Of a DNA stretch of 57,128 bases, positions 28,462-37,690 are shown piece by piece (within the stretch, counting starts at the first letter, position 1; each line of letters begins with the position of its first letter). Origin of the DNA: Ferruginibacter sp. (GTDB lineage: Bacteria > Bacteroidota > Bacteroidia > Chitinophagales > Chitinophagaceae); the NCBI GenBank assembly GCA_044357815.1, contig JBIKOV010000001.1:1-57128 (forward strand). Direction: 5' to 3'. Under the pieces are notes generated by a model. It saw only the letters and a program-made list of their open reading frames with translations, was not told where the DNA came from and searched no databases. The translations under genes were made by a program, and so were the position numbers.

Positions 28462-29400
28462 TTATAAATTAGGAGGAGTATGCAGTACATGTTTATTTTT
28501 TTTAGCGATGTATTTACCATAGCCATATCCTATAGCAAAGCCCAGTGGAAAATCAGATGCCCAATGCACACCATTGTTGACCATGGAGAGGCTTAATAGA
28601 CCTGCAATACTATAGCCTACAGGCTTTATCCAACGCTTTCGTGGATAATTTTCAGACACGATAGTAATGGCACTTACAAAAGTTGCCAGATGGCCTGAGG
28701 GAAAGGCATCATAAACCGGCTTATGATTTTGAAAATTACTTATTGTTGGAAATGGTCTCCAACGTCCACCCGCCACCGTTGCATCCGAAGGGTTTTCCCT
28801 TCCACTGCTATATTTAATTAATTGGGTGCCTACCCCAAGCGCCAGAAATGATTCCACCAGCTGGCTGGCCGTTTGCAATGCTCTTGGATCTTTTTTGATT
28901 TTACCTGCAATGAAAAAACCTGCAGCCATATAAACTACCGATGACCCTTGTCCTAAATTATAAAATGCAGTATTGATATTTTTAGGCCACTTCATTAAAA
29001 TGGTGTTTTTTCCAAATAGCTTCACCTGTATCAATGGAGCCAGTGATTCCTTTCCTTCAATACCATGGTTATTTCCAAAGCTTTGAACACCGTTCGTGAT
29101 ACGTTGGTCAAATATCAGCAACAACCCAGTAGAGGCCGCTAAAATACCCAATTTGTGCAAATTCTCCTTTTTGAAAGAATGCCCGATATAACCGATTGCA
29201 TCCGCTGGTATATGGGTAACAAAATCGAATGTTCTAGGTTTTTTACAAGTAAACGAATCGCTGCCTTTTTCAAAATAGATGGGCTGCTTAGAAAGCGAAT
29301 AAATAGTATTTCGAGCAATGGGAATTGTATCCACTGTACTTTTAGCACCAACAAAAAGTGGTAGTAGCATAATTAGCAGACCAACATATTTCTTTATCAT
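28462..29400 (-). CDS. PAP2 family phosphatase with N-terminal signal and extra domain
   Basis: KYSSGRENP (C1), FPSGH (C2), NGVHWASD (C3). Confidence 0.85.
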   Translation of the reverse strand: MIKKYVGLLIMLLPLFVGAKSTVDTIPIARNTIYSLSKQPIYFEKGSDSFTCKKPRTFDFVTHIPADAIGYIGHSFKKENLHKLGILAASTGLLLIFDQRITNGVQSFGNNHGIEGKESLAPLIQVKLFGKNTILMKWPKNINTAFYNLGQGSSVVYMAAGFFIAGKIKKDPRALQTASQLVESFLALGVGTQLIKYSSGRENPSDATVAGGRWRPFPTISNFQNHKPVYDAFPSGHLATFVSAITIVSENYPRKRWIKPVGYSIAGLLSLSMVNNGVHWASDFPLGFAIGYGYGKYIAKKNKHVLHTPPNL

Positions 29401-30026
29401 AACAAAGCGGGAGTTGATTTTTTATTTGGCTTATGTTTTTTATCCATCCATTTTTCCACTTTATAGGATAACCAGGCACTCCCTGCACCTACTACTGCTC
29501 CTGCTAGCACATCTGAAGGGTAATGAACCCCTTGGTACATTCTTGAATAGCCTACGGTAGCAGCGTACAAATAAGAAGGAACTATTACATACCATTTTGG
29601 AAAAATCAAACTAAGAGAAGTGGCCGTACAAAAAGCAGCAGAAGTATGACCGGAAGGAAAAGAATAACTACCTCCTAGATCTCGCTTTACTATAAAAGGA
29701 TACGTTACAAAAGGTCTATCACGTTGTATAATTTGCTTCATACCCTGTGTAACAATGCTCGATACGATAAACCCTCCTGCTACGTAAAGTGCCTCTTTTT
29801 TCAATTGCTTATCATGCCGAATAATCCCTGCAGTAAGCAAGCCCACTGGAGCTGCAATATTTAAAATTGTTACACTTTCTGCAGTTACCTTAAAGAAATT
29901 ATTTTTAAAAGTAGTTTCCGATTGATTGATTGATTGTAAAATATTAATATCCGCATTTTGTGCAAAAGCATGAAATGAAGAGCTTAAGCTGATTGAGAAA
30001 ATGATAAATGCTTTTTTTAAATTCAT
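29397..30026 (-). CDS. PAP2 family phosphatase
   Basis: KQIIQRDRP, SFPSGH, SRMYQGVHYPSD. Confidence 0.92.
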   Translation of the reverse strand: MNLKKAFIIFSISLSSSFHAFAQNADINILQSINQSETTFKNNFFKVTAESVTILNIAAPVGLLTAGIIRHDKQLKKEALYVAGGFIVSSIVTQGMKQIIQRDRPFVTYPFIVKRDLGGSYSFPSGHTSAAFCTATSLSLIFPKWYVIVPSYLYAATVGYSRMYQGVHYPSDVLAGAVVGAGSAWLSYKVEKWMDKKHKPNKKSTPALL

Positions 30027-30133
30027 AGTACGCTAATTGGTCATTAAAGATTGCAAGTTAACTGCTTAGATTGATAAAAAATTATTTTAGCCAGTCAATT
30101 CATCATTTCTTAAAAGGAGTAACTACTCAATTT

Positions 30134-32560
30134 TTATTTTACTTTAAAGTTTAATGGGATATTAACTTTTACACTAAAATTACGTCCCATATTAAATACC
30201 CCCATTCTACCGGTAACCCTATTTTCGGATGCATATTTTAATCGGCTCAAATGGTTTTGATACGCTACATCTCCCAGATTGCTACCCACCAGATGTAAGC
30301 TAAATAATGTAACCCCTTTATTCGAAACAAAGTCGGCTCCCAAGGCTGTATTTAGTAAAGTATAGGCAGCAGTTGCTGTTTCTGTATTGTAGGTAGAAAA
30401 AATACTTTTCTGAGCAAATGTATTATCTAATTCAAGTTTCATATAAAAATTTCGAATTGCTTTCTTGTATTTTTTAAAATCGACTCTGCATTCCGTAATT
30501 AAACGTGGTGCGGGAATGAAAGGTAAATATTTTGAATCCGCAATTGCCTCGTTCAAACGGCCGGAAACCAACGAAAATACATTTTGAATATGCAACCAAT
30601 CCAATGGATGGGGATGGATATCGATAGAAGCTTCCAATCCATAGAGACTGGCTTTTCGTTGATCAAATTTAAATGCATCCAAGATTTCCCCATTCACATT
30701 CACCATTGAGTCTCCACCTCGGATAGCCTGTAATTTTCTATAAAAAATAAAATTATGAAAGCTATTATTATAGGCAGCAACTCCCACGGAAATATGTTCG
30801 GTATTAAAATCAACACCAGCATCCAATTGGGTACTGGTTTCACTCTTTAATTGTACATCTCCATATTCGTAACGAATGGTACCTTCATGTGCCCCGTTGG
30901 AAGCAAGTTCGGATATGCTGGGCGCCCTAAAGCCTCTTGCAGCATTTAATTTAAAAACTAGCTGACTTGTTAATTCAGCAGCCATTCCTATACTCCCGGA
31001 GAAATTACCAAAAGATGTATTAAAGCCAGCGCCCTTTACATTGATTCCGTCTAATAAATCTTTCGCCTGAATACTGCGGTTGTCATAGCGGGTACCACCA
31101 CTTACTGTTACCTTATGAATTGTTTTTTTGGTGAAAAAATAAGTACCTATATCAAACAATTGATAATCTGGTATTAACTGTTCCATTCCTTTATTAGCAT
31201 TTTTTTGGTCCATTCCATTAAGCCCAAATGAGGTGGACCAGCCATTGATTTCCTTGCAATGAAATTGTGCGGTATAAGTAATGGTCTTTAAATCGAAGTA
31301 GAGGGAAGTTTCGGGAGGATTATCCACATTGCCAAATTCCTGTCGTCGGTTTTGTTGATAGCCAACATTGAAAGTCAATCGATTTTTTCCTAGTTGAATA
31401 CTGTTATCCAGCGTTATTTTATTATGGCGTATATTTTGATAGGGAATCTGAGGAATGCTACTACTAAAGTCTTCCTCCGTAGCCCTTGCTTCACCTCCAC
31501 CGGCAATAGGTTTTACAAAATATCCCTGAGCATCCCTTTCTCCCTCTACTAACCCTGCCTTTAAATTAAAACTACTGAACAATAAATGACTGAATCCCCA
31601 GCTACCGTTGTATCCGGCATAACCACCAAAATTATTTTGATTGTATTTTGAATTAAAAACTTTACCGTCGTATTTGTTCTGATAATCGGCTGCTGCCAAT
31701 GTAGAACCATAAACATTCCAGTTAATACCTTGTAGATTTCCTGCAATATTTGCATTCAGCGTTCTAGCTCGATTGTTAGTCTGGTAATTGGTAAATATAT
31801 TCGCCTTCACCGTATTATTTTCGACAGGAACATTGGTGATAATATTGATTACGCCAGCCATTGCATCACTGCCGTAAATAAGCGATGCGGGACCTTTTAA
31901 AATTTCCACTTTATTTACACTGGATTCATCAATTTCAATTCCATGCTCATCCCCCCACTGCTGACCTTCTTGGCGAACTCCATCGTTAATGGTCAATACC
32001 CGATTATACCCCAATCCACGTATCACCGGCTTTGAAATAGCCGGACCTGTTGACATACTCGATACACCAGGCCGTTTGGCCAATGCCTCAATGATATTGC
32101 TAGAAGCGGTTTGCGCCAGATCTTGTTTTCTTAATACAGCTACTTGAAAAGGTACTTTTTTTAATTGCGTGGCGCCACTTACACCCGTTACAACTACTGC
32201 ATTATTTTCGACCACCGATTCGAAAAGAACATACTCTTTTTTTGTATCGTTGGCTAAATTAATATTGTCAACAATAGTGGTATATCCCACATGGGAAATT
32301 TCTACCAGATGGGTTCCAATAGCAAGGCCATTGATTTCGAAATGCCCAGCTGCATTGGTAATAGCACCGGATTTTACGTCGGCCAGATAAACGGAAACCC
32401 CTGGTATGGGTGCATTTGTTTTGGCATCTGTAATGGTGCCCGAAAAATTCACTTTTGGCAACTTATGAAAACCATGCGCATCAATTAGCCCTTTTGCTGA
32501 CGACTTGGATATTGCAAAACAAAGAAAGACAATGACAAATAAACTCTTTAATAATTTCAT
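30134..32560 (-). CDS. TonB-dependent outer-membrane transporter (non-SusC type, probable metal substrate)
   Basis: Signal peptide, carboxypeptidase-like N-domain, VVVTG, KPVIRGLGYNR, QQWGDEHG, VEILKGPASLIYGSDAMAGVIN, NGAHEG, HPHP, MGRNFSVKV. Confidence 0.92.
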   Translation of the reverse strand: MKLLKSLFVIVFLCFAISKSSAKGLIDAHGFHKLPKVNFSGTITDAKTNAPIPGVSVYLADVKSGAITNAAGHFEINGLAIGTHLVEISHVGYTTIVDNINLANDTKKEYVLFESVVENNAVVVTGVSGATQLKKVPFQVAVLRKQDLAQTASSNIIEALAKRPGVSSMSTGPAISKPVIRGLGYNRVLTINDGVRQEGQQWGDEHGIEIDESSVNKVEILKGPASLIYGSDAMAGVINIITNVPVENNTVKANIFTNYQTNNRARTLNANIAGNLQGINWNVYGSTLAAADYQNKYDGKVFNSKYNQNNFGGYAGYNGSWGFSHLLFSSFNLKAGLVEGERDAQGYFVKPIAGGGEARATEEDFSSSIPQIPYQNIRHNKITLDNSIQLGKNRLTFNVGYQQNRRQEFGNVDNPPETSLYFDLKTITYTAQFHCKEINGWSTSFGLNGMDQKNANKGMEQLIPDYQLFDIGTYFFTKKTIHKVTVSGGTRYDNRSIQAKDLLDGINVKGAGFNTSFGNFSGSIGMAAELTSQLVFKLNAARGFRAPSISELASNGAHEGTIRYEYGDVQLKSETSTQLDAGVDFNTEHISVGVAAYNNSFHNFIFYRKLQAIRGGDSMVNVNGEILDAFKFDQRKASLYGLEASIDIHPHPLDWLHIQNVFSLVSGRLNEAIADSKYLPFIPAPRLITECRVDFKKYKKAIRNFYMKLELDNTFAQKSIFSTYNTETATAAYTLLNTALGADFVSNKGVTLFSLHLVGSNLGDVAYQNHLSRLKYASENRVTGRMGVFNMGRNFSVKVNIPLNFKVK

Positions 32561-32649
32561 TATGGTAAATTAAAAATTGATTGTAAATAAAAGTACACCC
32601 GCAATAAGAAAGCAGCCCGCGCAATCGGAGGGCTTCAAAAATTGAATAG

Positions 32650-32991
32650 CTAGGCGAATACGGGGGGGCCTCTAGGTGCAAAGAAAGTGGGAGTCTGAGC
32701 AAAAAGAACAGCTGCCGGCAATGATGAAAATCCAGCAACTACAATGGGCAGGCCAAAATGAAAATTACTAACAGCAATGGAAAAGGTTGAGTCTACCACA
32801 AAATGGTCGCACTGACAATGAATCCCGTTTTGTACTACTTGCGCCTTATCGCTGCTTGCCAATATCCCATTCGAATAATCTTTGTGATTGGCGAATACAT
32901 CATGCAATAATTGTATGGGCGCATTACCTACTACAAAAAGTAAGAGCAGCAGCAGAGCAGCAATTTTTGATATGAGGCTGTTTTTATACAA
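32650..32991 (-). CDS. Leader/upstream ORF with signal-like N-terminus, HCQCDH and C-terminal RGPP (CruR/CutF-like putative arrest peptide)
   Basis: Hydrophobic KIAALLLLLLFVVG, LLHDVFANH, GIHCQCDHF, ends FFAPRGPPVFA*; 89 nt upstream of the TBDT on the same strand; TTG start uncertain. Confidence 0.75.
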   Translation of the reverse strand: MYKNSLISKIAALLLLLLFVVGNAPIQLLHDVFANHKDYSNGILASSDKAQVVQNGIHCQCDHFVVDSTFSIAVSNFHFGLPIVVAGFSSLPAAVLFAQTPTFFAPRGPPVFA

Positions 32992-33085
32992 ACTGATAAA
33001 TTGTAACTATGTTGCAAATTAAATGTTTATTTAATAAATAACAGAAAAATATTTGAACAACTATTTTTTTGTACATTTATTCATT

Positions 33086-33661
33086 ATGAAAAAACTGACA
33101 TTTTTAATTGCCGCAGTACTATTTTCAGGCCTTTTTGATGGATGCAAAAAATCAGATCCGGCTCCTACAGTGACTGACCCCTGTTTAATCACTGTCATCA
33201 AACCTGCAGCCAACCTGACGCATACTATCACTGGACAATCGATTGGCACCATTACAGTCACGTCTCCTATCGGGTCTGAGTATACGTATAGTATCGGGGG
33301 CACTGCCTATCAAGCTTCAACAAACTTTTTTAACCTCATTGCGGGAACTTATACCCTCACTGCAAAAAATGCAGCTGGGTGCTCAGGAAAGATTACCCTC
33401 AATATTAATGGATTGGGAACAAAATTTTATGCAGTAAGAACCCTGGTTAATGGATATTGTGGCCCCTGTCATTTGAATGGCTCAGTAAGTGGCAATAAAA
33501 ATTTTGATGACGATAATTCAATTGTAGCATCTTGGGACAGGATCAAAATAAGGGCGGTGGATGGCAGCCCGACATTTATGCCACAAGTAGGGCAACTTAC
33601 TGCTTTGGACAAACAAAAAATTGTTGACTGGGTAAATGCAGGTCACAAGATTACTGACTAA
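33086..33661 (+). CDS. Lipoprotein with SprB-like Ig repeat and a c-type cytochrome domain
   Basis: Lipobox-like LFDGC-KK; GTITVT...YTYSIGG...NLIAGTYTLTAKNAAGC; CGPCH heme motif; distal MPQ; IVDWVNAG. Confidence 0.75.
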   Translation: MKKLTFLIAAVLFSGLFDGCKKSDPAPTVTDPCLITVIKPAANLTHTITGQSIGTITVTSPIGSEYTYSIGGTAYQASTNFFNLIAGTYTLTAKNAAGCSGKITLNINGLGTKFYAVRTLVNGYCGPCHLNGSVSGNKNFDDDNSIVASWDRIKIRAVDGSPTFMPQVGQLTALDKQKIVDWVNAGHKITD

Positions 33662-33839
33662 AAAACTGGTAAACCCGCTACAAGATCCTTATCAAGCGGT
33701 ACAGATGGAGGTAACTGATCGGAACAACCTAGTTTATCAAATGAAATCATACAAGATTTCATCACATTCCAAGTCCAAATACCTTGAATCGGGGCAATAT
33801 CATAATGTAAAATTTTCAATACAATAAAATCAATTCACT

Positions 33840-34067
33840 TCAAAAAAACCTATTATGAATTAAAACAATACAAACCAGCTGGCGTTTCCAACTTTTACCA
33901 TTGGCAGTTTCCGCAGACAGCATTTCCTTTTCACGCTGCATAGCCAATATTTTATTATTTGCTTCTATCAAATTCATACTTAATAATAGCTGCTGCTTCT
34001 GTTGTGTAGCATGAAGGTAAATGGCAAAACCAACTTCGCTGACTGATACCCCTATAAGAACGGGCAC
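33840..34067 (-). pseudogene. Possible remnant of a membrane protein with coiled coil (sensor-like)
   Basis: Short hydrophobic stretch followed by heptad-like QKQQLLLSMNLIEANNKILAMQREKEML; no complete domain. Confidence 0.25.
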
Positions 34068-34103
34068 TTAATAATAATTTTAGTATAAATTAAATGTGTG
34101 AAT

Positions 34104-35267
34104 TCATTGTTTTACATAATCAAACCTTCTGTATTTATTTTCTTTATTATCGGTAATTAACTCAAACATGTTGCTATTATTTTTCCTTAAAAAAAATAAT
34201 CGTTCTTTTTGTTTTTCTATTATTATTTTTAAAGAATCATTTTGGATGATGTAATTAAACTCTTTCACAGTATTATTGTTTTTTTGTTCTCCTTTGCCAT
34301 TAGATTTAAAAATTAAATCTTCATTATTAAATTTCCACAAACCAATAATTTTACTTTCGGTGATATTTTTTGATGGATACTGATTTTCTAATTGTTTATC
34401 TAATGCGGTTTGGATTGTTTCAATATTTTTGTTTTTAATCTTGAATTCACTAATAAAGAGATTTGCAATTTCTACCACACTCCTTTTGAAAATAGCTGGA
34501 TAAGATGCACTTAAGCAGGTATGATTAATTTCATCATAGAGCACAACCTTAGCTTTACCACCGCCTTCTTTAATCTTTTCGGCAAATTCTATACTTTGCG
34601 TGTAATGACACAGCCTATCTTCTTTTCCATGCAATAAAAGTGAAGTAGGTGGATTTTCTTTTAAATTATAAAATGCAGATGCTATTTTACTTTCTCCCTT
34701 GGTATCCAACCCATAAATTTTCCTTGCTTCACTATTTGGAAATGGAGATTTTTTTTCATCATGGTCAACTAAGTTATACATTCCCTCTGAGCCAATATAA
34801 ACCTTACAATTTAGATATTTTTGAGCCATTACTGCAGATAAAGTAGATCCCGCTGAAGCACCACCAAAACCAATTCGGGTAGTGTCTGCATTAAATCTAT
34901 TTGCGTTGTCTAAAAACCACTTAACGCTAGATTCTAAATCATTTATTGCATCAGCAAAAGTTGCATTGTTTCCTTTACAGCGATAGGCTAATCCAACATA
35001 AATAATTCCCAGTTCATTAGCTAAGAAGTTTACATCTCCAGACAGCGTGGCCGGAGGTACTTCATTTTGTGTGCCACCATTCCAGCCTCCACCATGAACA
35101 AAAAAGTAAATAGGGCTTTTCTCTATACTTTTTTTTGGCAATTGTATTTTTATTGGTATGTCATAATTACCCGCTTTTGTAGCTATGGTGTCTATTGTTT
35201 TTTGAGCAGTGCAATTTAAAAAAAAATAGCAAGCTATAATTACAAATATTGGCTTTATTGCTTTCAT
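34104..35267 (-). CDS. Secreted alpha/beta-hydrolase (HSL-like carbohydrate esterase) with C-terminal extension
   Basis: HGGGW oxyanion motif, GASAG nucleophile elbow, LLHGKED, NH catalytic His; N-terminal signal. Confidence 0.85.
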   Translation of the reverse strand: MKAIKPIFVIIACYFFLNCTAQKTIDTIATKAGNYDIPIKIQLPKKSIEKSPIYFFVHGGGWNGGTQNEVPPATLSGDVNFLANELGIIYVGLAYRCKGNNATFADAINDLESSVKWFLDNANRFNADTTRIGFGGASAGSTLSAVMAQKYLNCKVYIGSEGMYNLVDHDEKKSPFPNSEARKIYGLDTKGESKIASAFYNLKENPPTSLLLHGKEDRLCHYTQSIEFAEKIKEGGGKAKVVLYDEINHTCLSASYPAIFKRSVVEIANLFISEFKIKNKNIETIQTALDKQLENQYPSKNITESKIIGLWKFNNEDLIFKSNGKGEQKNNNTVKEFNYIIQNDSLKIIIEKQKERLFFLRKNNSNMFELITDNKENKYRRFDYVKQ

Positions 35268-35312
35268 AATATTAGCTTGTAAACTCATCATAAGCTCTTT
35301 GTGGAAATGATT

Positions 35313-35700
35313 TTAAGATATTAACAAAAAGCTTTTTATTTCATTAGCTTCTATTCTATTTTTTTCAAAAACATTTATCATTTCTAAAGAATCTGTTTTC
35401 ATGTCAAATAATTCATTTTTTTTAAAATAAAAAAGGATTAATAACGCAGCGTGGTATCCCAAGAGGCTACTGTCTAAATAACAAGGGAACTTAATTTCTA
35501 TGTTATTCCATCCTTTAAATAGAACTCTATTATTTATCTTGTAATGTGTATTTTCATCATAACTAACCGTAATGTATTTCCAGTCTTTTGTTGTAACACC
35601 TCTTGCAAAAAAAAATTCGAAAAACAAATAATCATAAACAATCCATTTATTTAATTAGGACATTTAGGGGTTTACCTAAAATATCGCCTTCCGAATAAAA
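35313..35700 (-). pseudogene. C-terminal fragment of a sulfatase
   Basis: DYLFFE...ARGVTTKDWKYI...ELFDMKTDSLEMINV resembles the S1 sulfatase C-terminus; upstream frame broken; no CxPxR. Confidence 0.65.
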
Positions 35701-35817
35701 CAAGACAAGAAATTAAAAAATCTATTCAGTGATCATTTTGAATTATAACAAAAACTGTCTTATTTTTTTCCGAATAATTTTTTAAAAAAAATTTGTAGTA
35801 TCAATAATTGAATATAA

Positions 35818-37350
35818 TTAAAATTGATTCGGATGCTTATAATCTCCAGAAGGTTTTTTTATGGTTCTTTTTAAAGGTATTTGCATTCCTTTTGATTGCT
35901 CTAACCAATCAAAAAGTTCCCCTGCTAATTTTTTTACAAGTTCCTGATATTCTGGCTTCTCAATTAGATTATTGATTTCATTCGGATCATTTTCTAAATC
36001 ATATAATTCATTTTGATCCCAAATTCCATTATACCTTATATATTTATACTTGTCTGTTCTAACACCAAAAACGGTAGGTGTCATGGGGAAATCATATTCC
36101 CAAAAGTATTCATAAAATATCTTATCTCTCCATATAGTACTATCACCCTTTAATAATTTTGCAAAGGAATTGCCTGGCATATAATCAGGTTTCTTCAAAC
36201 CAGCCATTTCTAAAATAGTAGGGGCAATATCTATATTTTGAACCATCTTTGAAATTTTCTGCCCTCCTTTAAATAAACCAGGTGCATACACCAAAAATGG
36301 GACTTTTACTGACTCTTCATAAAAATGTCTTTTATCAATTAATCCATGTTCACCAAAACTAAATCCATTATCTCCCATATATATAACCATAGTATTTTGC
36401 TCCAAACCATTTTCTTTTAAATAATTCAAAACTGATCCAACACTTTCATCAACTGCCATTAATGTTTCACAATATGTTTGAACTAGCTCTTCCATTTCCT
36501 GATGTGTATGATAAAGATAATCAACACCATGCCAACTATACCGTTGCTGTTTTACCCATTCGGGCCATTTAAGATTTTTATAATCATCATTTAAAGTTTG
36601 ATAAAAAGTCGGTGGAAATGTATATTTCTGATTAGCATAAATACCCTTATGCCTCTTTGCGGGTGTGACAGGTGCATGAACAGCTTTATGAGATAAATAC
36701 AAAAAGAACGGCTTGGTTTTACTTTGTGCTTTTAACCATTTTAATGCATGAGTAGTTAGCAAATCTGTTATATAGGTGGAATCACCGTATTTAACCGTCT
36801 CTCCATTTATGTTTAAAGTAGAGTTATAATAAACCCCTTGACCTTTGAAACTCTCCCAGTGATTAAAACCAGGTCGAGGACTATCATCATCGGTACCGAT
36901 ATGCCATTTTCCGAAAAAACCAGTTTGATATCCTTCTTTTTGCAAATATTGGGGGAAATAAACTAAATTATTAGGAGCTGGGGCTACATTATCAATGACA
37001 GTATGAACATGTGAAAATTGGCCTGTTAAAATAGATGCCCTACTAGGAGAACAAAGAGATGTGGTAACAAATGCATTTTTAAAATATGCACCTTCCTTAG
37101 CTAGCAGATCCATGTAGGGAGTTTTCAACCATGGAATTTTACCAGTAAAACCCATAAAGTCATATCGGTGATCATCCGTAAGAATAAATATCACATTCAT
37201 CTTTTGGTGACCAGCTATTTCTTTCAGTTGTTCCAGAGTGCCCGGCACTGGTATTCTAATTTGTTCCTGACTTTCTGATATTATGCGCTGTCCCTTTATT
37301 TGCGAAGTAAACACAACTAAAAAAAATATGACCGATGTAATTTTATTCAT
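35818..37350 (-). CDS. S1 sulfatase (Cys-type), N-acetylglucosamine-6-sulfatase-like
   Basis: NVIFILTDDHR, SLCSPSRASILTG, GKWH, HKAVH, GDNG, DKR. Confidence 0.93.
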   Translation of the reverse strand: MNKITSVIFFLVVFTSQIKGQRIISESQEQIRIPVPGTLEQLKEIAGHQKMNVIFILTDDHRYDFMGFTGKIPWLKTPYMDLLAKEGAYFKNAFVTTSLCSPSRASILTGQFSHVHTVIDNVAPAPNNLVYFPQYLQKEGYQTGFFGKWHIGTDDDSPRPGFNHWESFKGQGVYYNSTLNINGETVKYGDSTYITDLLTTHALKWLKAQSKTKPFFLYLSHKAVHAPVTPAKRHKGIYANQKYTFPPTFYQTLNDDYKNLKWPEWVKQQRYSWHGVDYLYHTHQEMEELVQTYCETLMAVDESVGSVLNYLKENGLEQNTMVIYMGDNGFSFGEHGLIDKRHFYEESVKVPFLVYAPGLFKGGQKISKMVQNIDIAPTILEMAGLKKPDYMPGNSFAKLLKGDSTIWRDKIFYEYFWEYDFPMTPTVFGVRTDKYKYIRYNGIWDQNELYDLENDPNEINNLIEKPEYQELVKKLAGELFDWLEQSKGMQIPLKRTIKKPSGDYKHPNQF

Positions 37351-37410
37351 TTGATGAGATTTAAGATTCCAATTAAATTATTTACATTTCCTTAATGATA
37401 TCTTTAATTT

Positions 37411-37690
37411 TCTACCAATAGCCTGGCTCACTGGTAAATAAAGGAATGCTATTGTCATAGTCGAAAGGCCCGGGCGTTGCAAAGGCAAGCACTACAACAT
37501 TTTCTTTTCCCACTTTTTCTATCGCTTGTTGAATTGTGATGCTCTAGACAAAAAAAATGATATTTACCTCAGCATGTTTATCTAATTTACACTCAGCAAC
37601 AGAATCTTCCTGTACCCTTTTTTCAACTAAATCAAAAGCGGCACAACAACCATGGCTTCCGCCAATATCTATTCCGATAGCAAATTTATT
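37411..37690 (-). pseudogene. ROK-family sugar kinase remnant (not in ORF track)
   Basis: Minus-strand translation NKFAIGIDIGGSHGCCAAFDL...IIFFV*SITIQQAIEK...LAFATPGPFDYDNSIPLF; no start codon, internal TAG, truncated. Confidence 0.8.

Noticed and set aside
33636-33827. 63-aa ORF after the cytochrome lipoprotein
   Set aside because: Overlaps the previous gene end and has no recognisable features; probably non-coding or debris.
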